DNA from: a virus
Lineage: Duplodnaviria; Caudoviricetes
Reading direction: 5' to 3' (one strand)
Virus record (IMG/VR): IMGVR_UViG_3300027780_000015
Coordinates: 1-58,642 of that record
DNA length: 58,642 bases
Shown: in pieces, positions 39,692-46,452 of the stretch
Layout: every line of letters starts with the position of its first letter
Numbering within the stretch: the stretch's first letter is position 1
The notes under the pieces: model-generated
Database searches by the model: none
Told to the model about the DNA's origin: nothing
The model's input: only the letters and a program-made list of their open reading frames with translations
Program-made: the position numbers and the translations under genes

Positions 39692-40000
39692 TTATCCTTT
39701 TTGATATGCTTCAGCTTCCCATGGTAGGTTTTTAGCACCTTCTTCCATGTCAGCTCTTGAATATTTTTTTCCTTTCCAATAAACGTTCTCATTGTCGTAA
39801 TTTAAATCTCCTCTTTTCATTTGATCTAAATGTACTTTTTCATGAGACACTACGTTGTCAACTTCTTTTGGATCTAGATTCATGTTTATATTTATAGAAC
39901 CATTGTTATTAGCTTTACCCATAACTCCATCTTCCATGTCTACTCTATATATAGGAGTGTTATCTACTATATAAGGTGGATTGTCTAGTTTAAATCCCAT
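39692..40000 (-). CDS. small zincin-like metallopeptidase
   Basis: VVSHEKVHLDQ (HExxH) plus downstream LPWEAEAY third-ligand Glu motif; MGFKL start. Confidence 0.7.
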   Translation of the reverse strand: MGFKLDNPPYIVDNTPIYRVDMEDGVMGKANNNGSININMNLDPKEVDNVVSHEKVHLDQMKRGDLNYDNENVYWKGKKYSRADMEEGAKNLPWEAEAYQKG

Positions 40001-40003
40001 AGT

Positions 40004-40156
40004 TTATTTGTAAGGTAATATTTTATTTAAAGACTCCTTACGACTTTGACAGCCGCAAGGAATGTTTAAACCTTTTGATACTTTATCAACAATACTCTTG
40101 ATACCAGAAGCTTTAGTAAACTTCTCTATACTGTCTCCTAGGCCTCTAGATTTCAT
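40004..40156 (-). CDS. small protein (50 aa, MKSRGLGDSIEKFT...PCGCQSRKESLNK), not in ORF track
   Basis: Manually translated; fills the gap exactly; contains a CGC motif. Confidence 0.7.
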   Translation of the reverse strand: MKSRGLGDSIEKFTKASGIKSIVDKVSKGLNIPCGCQSRKESLNKILPYK

Positions 40157-40161
40157 AAGTA

Positions 40162-40530
40162 TTATGCAGTAAATGCAGCTGAAGCAAAAACCACTTGAAT
40201 TTGAGGTGCAGTTATAACAATACGACCTTGTTGCCCTGATTGAGCTAATGGTGCTTGTGCTTGTGATACTGATGGTACTACTGTAGATACTACTCCACCT
40301 GGATTAGCAGTCATTGCAGCCTGTATAGAGTCTAATAAAGCATTAGCAACCAAAGGTGCTGTATGTGTTATTGTCCATTTTTTTGTTGCAGTTACATTGT
40401 TATCAAAAAAGATATCAGTTGTAGTTCCGCTTGGTGATGCAATTCTTGTAATTTGGTTGATATTAATCAACAGTTCTGAACCTGTTGCTCCTCCTGGAGC
40501 TGCAAGGTTAAATTTAATGTACTTTGCCAT
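40162..40530 (-). CDS. putative structural/decoration protein
   Basis: Ala/Thr/Val-rich beta-type composition like the other virion proteins here. Confidence 0.55.
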   Translation of the reverse strand: MAKYIKFNLAAPGGATGSELLININQITRIASPSGTTTDIFFDNNVTATKKWTITHTAPLVANALLDSIQAAMTANPGGVVSTVVPSVSQAQAPLAQSGQQGRIVITAPQIQVVFASAAFTA

Positions 40531-40536
40531 TTTTTT

Positions 40537-40569
40537 GTTAGTGTTAGTGTTAGTGTTAGTGTTAGTGTT
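40537..40569. repeat. hexanucleotide microsatellite (GTTAGT)x5.5
   Basis: Perfect tandem repeat read directly; 6 nt upstream of the ATG at 40530. Confidence 0.95.
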
Positions 40570-40591
40570 TGGCTGAGATTTTTACAGTTCT

Positions 40592-41032
40592 CTACTGTTT
40601 TTTCAGAATACTCTTTTCATACTGTTTTCTCCTTCTTGGAGGTGCTTCAAGCTTGTGCTTATGAGGAGCATTGTTAACTTTTGTATCGTTAAGCGGTGAA
40701 ACCATTTTAGCTGGAGATTTTTTATGATGTGATAGTTGTTGGTGTTTTCTCCAGTATTCACTTGGTGTATCTGTTCTTTTACCCGCTGGTTGTGAATTAT
40801 CAGATCCTATTTGCATATGATGACCATGATCCTTTCTTTCTCCACTTGTTTCAAGCGGTGAAACCATTTTTGCAGGTGATCCACCAACTTTTGATTGTGA
40901 GTGCTTAGACATCCATGATCCGCCTCTTCCGCCACTTGCGTCTTTAGCTATTGGGTTGTCGTTCATTAAGTCTTTTTTTTCTTGTGGAGCATAACCTTTG
41001 TTTAGGTTATATAATCCTGAATCTTTTTCCAT
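40592..41032 (-). CDS. His/Lys-rich protein with two SPAKMVSPL tags
   Basis: Translation; DNA repeat aagcggtgaaaccatttt at 40691 and 40853. Confidence 0.7.
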   Translation of the reverse strand: MEKDSGLYNLNKGYAPQEKKDLMNDNPIAKDASGGRGGSWMSKHSQSKVGGSPAKMVSPLETSGERKDHGHHMQIGSDNSQPAGKRTDTPSEYWRKHQQLSHHKKSPAKMVSPLNDTKVNNAPHKHKLEAPPRRRKQYEKSILKKQ

Positions 41033-41036
41033 TGTT

Positions 41037-41447
41037 TTATTTATTTTTAAGTTTAGGTTGTGTTTTCATTTTTGCTTTTTCATTAATTCTTGATCTTGTG
41101 TCTTTATCACGATCATGTACAGCTTTATGTTTAGCAAAAGCTTCGTTAGTCATCCTATGAGCACCTTGAGTTGCTTTACCTGATTTATCATTCAATGGTG
41201 ATACCATTTTAGCAGCAGAACCATGTTTTTTCTCATCGTATTTTAAATCACCTGCTAATTTAGAGATGTGCTTTTCATCAGAAGTCATAGATGAATCACT
41301 GTGACCATGTTTATTATCATAATCAATATCTTCTTTTAGATATTTCATGTGAGCTTCGTCGTCTCTTTTTGTAGCACCCATATTACTATTTGTAACCTTT
41401 GAGTGTCTTGCGTTGCCAGTATACTGACCGTAGTGTCCTTTTTCCAT
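41037..41447 (-). CDS. His/Asp/Lys-rich protein with SAAKMVSPLND tag
   Basis: Translation. Confidence 0.7.
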   Translation of the reverse strand: MEKGHYGQYTGNARHSKVTNSNMGATKRDDEAHMKYLKEDIDYDNKHGHSDSSMTSDEKHISKLAGDLKYDEKKHGSAAKMVSPLNDKSGKATQGAHRMTNEAFAKHKAVHDRDKDTRSRINEKAKMKTQPKLKNK

Positions 41448-41459
41448 TTTAATTATGTT

Positions 41460-42305
41460 TTATGATCTTGGTGGCCTTGGCCATTTTGCGTTTAATTTTT
41501 TTATTCCTTCTGGGTCATTTCCAAATGCAAGTTTATCAGCTTCGTAAGCTTTCAAGTCAGCCGTTATTTTATTTGTAACAACGAGTTTTCTATCTTTAAG
41601 TTCTTCAGTTTTATTATGGAATTTTATAGCTTTTTTCGAACCTCCTGTAATTTCACCAAATTCAGGATTAGGCGTAGTGCCGTCTTCTAAAAATTCGTTT
41701 TCATCAAATGTTACTTTGTCAGCGAAATTTTTTCTATCATCTCCTTTTAAAAGTTTACCATTTGGTCCAAAACTAATAAGTTTCTTTCTGTCGTTTCTAA
41801 TTTCTTTTTCTCTATCTCCTCTATTTAAAATTCTTCTATCAAGTTTTGCTTCTTGTTTTTCATCAGTCCAACTTGCTGTAACTTGATCTGCAGCAGCTTG
41901 AATTCTTCCTTGCATATCTTGAAACGCTGGTTGATCAGATAAATAAACTTCACCTCGAGGATTCTCGTAAGAATTCAAAGGTGAGCTCATATTAATTACG
42001 CTTTCAGTTTTTTTTTTATAATCTGTAGCTTCATAATCAATACCACCTTGACCCTCTACATTATCAAAGTCAGGAGATTCGTAATCAAATCCTCCTTGTC
42101 CTTCAACGTTATCTAATTGAGGTGCTGGAGCAGAAGAAGCAGACTTAGGATCTTTTAAATCTTCATCACTTAGCTTTATTGTTTGTTTAGCAGGTGAATT
42201 TAATATCTCTTGCTGTAATGCGTCTGGTAATTTATCTTGATTACCTTTTAAAGCCATTGCCACTGGTGACTTAGCCATAAATGATTTTTGAAATGGTGAA
42301 CTCAT
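41460..42305 (-). CDS. modular protein: MSSPFQKSF start, KSPVA, NSPAKQ, MSSPLN tags, DNVEGQGGxDYE duplication
   Basis: Translation. Confidence 0.7.
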   Translation of the reverse strand: MSSPFQKSFMAKSPVAMALKGNQDKLPDALQQEILNSPAKQTIKLSDEDLKDPKSASSAPAPQLDNVEGQGGFDYESPDFDNVEGQGGIDYEATDYKKKTESVINMSSPLNSYENPRGEVYLSDQPAFQDMQGRIQAAADQVTASWTDEKQEAKLDRRILNRGDREKEIRNDRKKLISFGPNGKLLKGDDRKNFADKVTFDENEFLEDGTTPNPEFGEITGGSKKAIKFHNKTEELKDRKLVVTNKITADLKAYEADKLAFGNDPEGIKKLNAKWPRPPRS

Positions 42306-42314
42306 AATTTATTT
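42280..42314 (-). repeat. 35-bp direct repeat copy 1 (leader + first codons MSSPFQKS)
   Basis: aatgatttttgaaatggtgaactcataatttattt, identical to 42502-42536; partial third copy (20/21) at 42717-42737. Confidence 0.95.
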
Positions 42315-42317
42315 TTT

Positions 42318-42527
42318 TTAACAATGTTTTGCAATCTGTTCTTTTAATATAGACCCAAATTCTGCATAAGGATCTTTTGCTAATACTTTTTTTAATTCTT
42401 TTCTTTTAGCGTCACATTTTTCTTTAGACCATTTTTGTACTGGTTTTTTAGGTCCTTTTGGATGTGGTGGTCCGTGTTGAAATAATGGACTTTTACCGCT
42501 GAATGATTTTTGAAATGGTGAACTCAT
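42318..42527 (-). CDS. small basic protein, MSSPFQKSFSGKSPLFQ start
   Basis: Translation; starts inside repeat copy 2. Confidence 0.7.
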   Translation of the reverse strand: MSSPFQKSFSGKSPLFQHGPPHPKGPKKPVQKWSKEKCDAKRKELKKVLAKDPYAEFGSILKEQIAKHC

Positions 42528-42536
42528 AATTTATTT
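42502..42536 (-). repeat. 35-bp direct repeat copy 2
   Basis: Identical to 42280-42314. Confidence 0.95.
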
Positions 42537-42731
42537 GTTTTTGCAACCGAAGTTATTTGCATAGTTAGCCATTTTAACAACTTCTTCGCTATAGTTATCT
42601 TTCTTTGACATTACAGATGATGCAGCAGAACAAGCGTCTTTAAAACCGTTCTTTTTAGCCCATGCTGTAAACTTGCCTTTGTTCTCTGGTTTAATTTCAG
42701 GGAATCCTTTTTTATAAAATGGTGAATTCAT
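42531..42731 (-). CDS. small basic protein, MNSPFYKK start, IKPENKGKFTAWAK...KMANYANN module
   Basis: Translation; the module resembles a motif recalled from crAss-like phage proteins. Confidence 0.7.
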   Translation of the reverse strand: MNSPFYKKGFPEIKPENKGKFTAWAKKNGFKDACSAASSVMSKKDNYSEEVVKMANYANNFGCKNK

Positions 42732-42734
42732 AAT

Positions 42735-42956
42735 TTAATCTTTATATACTTTTGCTTTTTGGGTAATAGGTCCAGCATGATAAGACGTTGGAAACTTAAG
42801 TATTTGCATACCTGTTATACCAGAACTTGAACCAATTCCGTGTGCTCTTCCAGATTGATCTAATGGCCCATCCCATATGTGAGATTCACCTACTACACCT
42901 ACTTTTTTACCAGGCTTTAATTCTTCCATTGAAGGATCATATTTGTTGTTGTGCAT
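42735..42956 (-). CDS. small hypothetical protein (GPITQKAK C-terminus)
   Basis: ORF tightly packed in the array. Confidence 0.65.
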   Translation of the reverse strand: MHNNKYDPSMEELKPGKKVGVVGESHIWDGPLDQSGRAHGIGSSSGITGMQILKFPTSYHAGPITQKAKVYKD

Positions 42957-42961
42957 AATAT

Positions 42962-43324
42962 TTATTTTTTATTTTTTCTTCTCATTATATTTCTAACCAT
43001 GTTTAATCCAGAATCTCCAGCTGTAGCAAATGAGTCTTCTTCAAGAGCATCAACTGCTCCTGGAACTGGTTCTATTCCATCTGGTGTAATAGCTCCTTCT
43101 CCACCACCTGATCCAGATTCCATAACAGACTCGTCAACCGCCTCCATAGAAGCTTCTATTTCAGGTACAGCACCTTCTTGTGATGATGCATCTAATTTTT
43201 CTTCAATACTACCTAATCTTTTGTCTATTTTTTTAAGAGCTCTTCTAGTTTTCTTTTTACCTCCTCTAGCCATTAAAGCTCCAATTGCGGCGCCTCCTAA
43301 AAAATTTATTGGACTTTTACTCAT
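42962..43324 (-). CDS. low-complexity protein, MSKSPINF start
   Basis: Basic N-terminus, acidic middle; ATGA overlap with the upstream gene. Confidence 0.65.
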   Translation of the reverse strand: MSKSPINFLGGAAIGALMARGGKKKTRRALKKIDKRLGSIEEKLDASSQEGAVPEIEASMEAVDESVMESGSGGGEGAITPDGIEPVPGAVDALEEDSFATAGDSGLNMVRNIMRRKNKK

Positions 43325-43767
43325 CTTTGTTTATCTTTATTTACGTTATAGATAGCTTGTGTCAGTACTTTGTCTGTGTAACTATCTCCTTTAATTAATT
43401 TATTTCTTCTTACGCTCGAAGGTATATCATCTTCACCTAACATGATTCGATACATTCTACTTATAAGTTGTTTACACTTGAAGGAAACTTTATAGATATT
43501 ATACTTTTGAGTGGTTCTGTTTCTGTTTCGCCACACGACTATCCAGTCGTTTTTAAGTAATCTGTTCCAGCGTCTATTATCCCAACTATAAGAATATGTA
43601 CCCATTTCAAAATCATGCTTAGTAAAAAGATCCATGCAATCAAAATAAATCAATAACTCTAGATCTGCGTCATTTAAATCGTTGTTTTTACAAGCCCATT
43701 TACGAATTATTCGATAATGTTTTAGCAAATTTAGACTTTTAACATCTTTTGCGTTTAGCTTTTTCAT
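43321..43767 (-). CDS. winged-helix (MarR-like) DNA-binding protein
   Basis: LNDADLELLIYF...RLLKNDWIVVW...YKVSFKCKQLI, wHTH pattern. Confidence 0.55.
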   Translation of the reverse strand: MKKLNAKDVKSLNLLKHYRIIRKWACKNNDLNDADLELLIYFDCMDLFTKHDFEMGTYSYSWDNRRWNRLLKNDWIVVWRNRNRTTQKYNIYKVSFKCKQLISRMYRIMLGEDDIPSSVRRNKLIKGDSYTDKVLTQAIYNVNKDKQR

Positions 43768-44024
43768 AAAACAACGACCACGTCTTGTAACTTTATAACG
43801 TGATATGTATCGTCTTTAATTTCTATTTTATGTCCTGCATGTCTATCAAAAAATATCTTATCGTCTTTTTTTAGATCAGGAACTTCATCACCTACAGAAA
43901 TAACTGTAGCTTGCGTATATCTTATATCGTCTCTTTGGCTTTCAGCTAAAAGTAAACCACCTTTTGTTTTAGTAGTTCCTTCTTTGGTTTTTTCTATTAT
44001 TAAATTTCTACCTATTGCTTTCAT
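43764..44024 (-). CDS. groES: co-chaperonin GroES
   Basis: MKAIGRNLII...TKGGLLL...VISVGD...KDDKIFF; coupled to groEL. Confidence 0.9.
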   Translation of the reverse strand: MKAIGRNLIIEKTKEGTTKTKGGLLLAESQRDDIRYTQATVISVGDEVPDLKKDDKIFFDRHAGHKIEIKDDTYHVIKLQDVVVVL

Positions 44025-45558
44025 CTATTCTTAAATTATTGATTACACAATCGGTTGATAAAATAGTAGTTGCTACTGAAGCCGCATTTTGAAGTGCGCT
44101 TTTTGTAACTAACAATGGATCGATAATACCATTGTTAATCATATTGACCATATTTCCTGTAACCACATTTAGTCCTTGTCCTTTTCTTTTAAGCTCAGGA
44201 TAATCCACAATACCAGCATTTTCTAATATAACATTAAAAGGTGCTTTAATTGCATCTAAAAGTACTTGTTCACCTTCAGATTTTGCTTTAATATATTTAG
44301 CAGCATTAAGCAAAGCTATACCACCGCCAGGGACTATACCTTCTTTAATTGCAGCCTTAGTAGCACAAATAGCGTCTTCAACTCTATCTGTTTTTTCTTT
44401 AAGTTCAATATCAGAATTAGCGCCAACTTTTACTATTGCAATTTTAGCAGATAGTCTTGCAAGTCTTTGTTCAAGTTTAACAACTTTATGAGAACTTACA
44501 TCACTTTTTAATTCTTCTTTAATACTTTTAATTATTTCTTTAATTTCTTCTGATGGTTCTTCAACTTGTAATATTGTTTCCCCGTGAGTAGTTACACTCT
44601 TAACACAAGTACCTAAATAGTCTGGTTGTATAAGGTTTGTATCATCACCTAAATCTTCGTTTATTATAGTAGCACCTGTAAGTAAAGATAAGTCATCTAA
44701 GGTATCTTTCTTGCTTACTCCGTACGTTGGTCCATCAACAACATTGATTTTTATATTACCTTTTACTTTATTCATAGCAAGAGCACTTATTACGGGCTCA
44801 TCTAAATCACCTATGATTAATAAAGGTTTGTTATTTTTTATTACATACTCTAAAACAGATTGTATTTGTCTTATTGTAGTTATTGGTGATTCAAGTAGTA
44901 AAACTAAAGGATTTTCTAATTCTACTGATTTATTAGTTTTATTAGTTATAAAATGAGAATTTTTAAGACCTTTGTCATATTGTACACCTTCAACTATTTC
45001 AATTTCTGTTTTACTTAATTGTGTAGGTTCCATCATTACAACTCCTGTTTCATTAACAGCTCTGAACGCATCACCTATTATTTTACCTAGATCTTTATCG
45101 TTGTTTGTAGATATAGTAGCTACATTATCTATCATGTCTCCTTTGACATGTACAGTTATAGATTCTAAATATTTAATCACTTTGTCAACAGCATTGTTAA
45201 TACCGTTTTTTAAATCTCTTGAATTTATATCTAACTTGTAAGCTTCTTGCAATATAGCATGTGCTAATACTGTAGCTGTGGTGGTACCATCACCTGCTTC
45301 TTGCACTGTTTTTCTTGCTGCTTCTTTTATAAGTGTAGCTCCCATGTTTTCAACAGGATCTCTAAGAATTATAGAGTTTGCTACAGTTACACCATCTTTA
45401 GTTATTACAGGATTACCTGCGTGATCTTCAAGAAGTACACATTTGCCGCTAGCTCCTAATGTAGAGCTAACAGCTTTTGTGAGTTTTTCTATCCCTTTAA
45501 ATACATTAACTTTTGCTTCTTCGCCGAAGTTAAGGTTTTTGACTATTGCGTCATTCAT
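44008..45558 (-). CDS. groEL: chaperonin GroEL (no C-terminal GGM tail)
   Basis: STLGASG, ITKDGVTVA, AGDGTTTATVLA, EGVQYDKG, GIVPGGG, IIDPLLVT. Confidence 0.95.
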   Translation of the reverse strand: MNDAIVKNLNFGEEAKVNVFKGIEKLTKAVSSTLGASGKCVLLEDHAGNPVITKDGVTVANSIILRDPVENMGATLIKEAARKTVQEAGDGTTTATVLAHAILQEAYKLDINSRDLKNGINNAVDKVIKYLESITVHVKGDMIDNVATISTNNDKDLGKIIGDAFRAVNETGVVMMEPTQLSKTEIEIVEGVQYDKGLKNSHFITNKTNKSVELENPLVLLLESPITTIRQIQSVLEYVIKNNKPLLIIGDLDEPVISALAMNKVKGNIKINVVDGPTYGVSKKDTLDDLSLLTGATIINEDLGDDTNLIQPDYLGTCVKSVTTHGETILQVEEPSEEIKEIIKSIKEELKSDVSSHKVVKLEQRLARLSAKIAIVKVGANSDIELKEKTDRVEDAICATKAAIKEGIVPGGGIALLNAAKYIKAKSEGEQVLLDAIKAPFNVILENAGIVDYPELKRKGQGLNVVTGNMVNMINNGIIDPLLVTKSALQNAASVATTILSTDCVINNLRIDESNR

Positions 45559-45589
45559 ATTTGATTAGATTAAATTAGATTATATTGTA

Positions 45590-45880
45590 TTATTTAAAGG
45601 TTTTTACGACTTTAGGTCCATTAATGAATTCTAGTTTTTTAGCGTAATGCGCAATTGATGAATCAATCGCTTGTTCTGCTCCTTCTAAAGTTTCACGTCT
45701 GGTTACGTCGTGCCAAGTTTCTTGTTTAAATAAATCTTGGTGTTCGGTTTGATAAAAACCATTTGGTAGTTGCACTATCCGCCAGTTTTTCTTATCAGCT
45801 AAATGCTTCCAAAGGTTTAAGGTTTCTTGTGTTACTTGTGGTTGACTACTCCACGAACTAGTCTGGTAAAAAATTGTCAT
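45590..45880 (-). CDS. hypothetical protein
   Basis: ORF NWRIVQLPNGFYQTE...TRRETLEGAE with its own promoter-like motif upstream. Confidence 0.7.
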   Translation of the reverse strand: MTIFYQTSSWSSQPQVTQETLNLWKHLADKKNWRIVQLPNGFYQTEHQDLFKQETWHDVTRRETLEGAEQAIDSSIAHYAKKLEFINGPKVVKTFK

Positions 45881-45936
45881 TGGTATTGGTATTAATTATT
45901 ATTTGGTTGTTGCTCTTCCCGAGCCGGGTATATTTG

Positions 45937-45953
45937 TATTATCACTTGTTTTT
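45937..45953 (-). promoter_or_regulatory. putative late promoter motif AAAAACAAGTGATAATA
   Basis: Intergenic, upstream of the 45880 ORF and groEL block. Confidence 0.55.
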
Positions 45954-45966
45954 GGTTGTTTTTACT

Positions 45967-46440
45967 TTAATTAATTAACAACGGTTCTTTGCTATATGTT
46001 CTGCCTTTTGCATCAAATCTTTCTGACATCCAAAATAAACCATCCGTTTTCCATTGTCCGTGTAATCTTGAACCTGGTATTACCATGTCTCTACATTTTG
46101 CAAACTCCCAAACTCTATGCTTGTTACCTTTTATTTTTTCTAAAGATTCTACGTAAAATATATCAATTGGGCCTAATTGATGTACTTGCTCCATTAAACC
46201 TGGCAAGTCATCACCTATAGTTCCTGTTACACAGATATCAATATCAGTTGTTTTCCAACCTTCTAACATTCCTCCTACTAAATAGAGTTTATAATTACCC
46301 CAGTCTAAAGCAAGTATTTTTTCTAAGTATTCTTTGTAAAGATTGTCTTCTTTGCCTTCCATCCAAGGAACAAATTCCATGCCTCCGTTGACATATCTTA
46401 CTTGTCCGTCTGTTTCTATATTATAAGTATCTAATTGCAT
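45967..46440 (-). CDS. Pol-beta-superfamily nucleotidyltransferase-like protein
   Basis: KLYLVGG(x8)DIDICV...PIDIFYV: hG[GS]-DxD-D catalytic triad. Confidence 0.65.
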   Translation of the reverse strand: MQLDTYNIETDGQVRYVNGGMEFVPWMEGKEDNLYKEYLEKILALDWGNYKLYLVGGMLEGWKTTDIDICVTGTIGDDLPGLMEQVHQLGPIDIFYVESLEKIKGNKHRVWEFAKCRDMVIPGSRLHGQWKTDGLFWMSERFDAKGRTYSKEPLLIN

Positions 46441-46452
46441 AATTTATTTTAT

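Noticed and set aside
40567-40594. Stop-codon readthrough from the 40592 ORF through the hexamer repeat into the 40162 ORF
   Set aside because: The frame after the TAG reaches TAA within ten codons.
42280-42737. CRISPR array suggested by 35-bp direct repeats
   Set aside because: The spacers are ~190-bp open reading frames, the repeats encode gene starts, there are only two full copies, and no cas genes are present.
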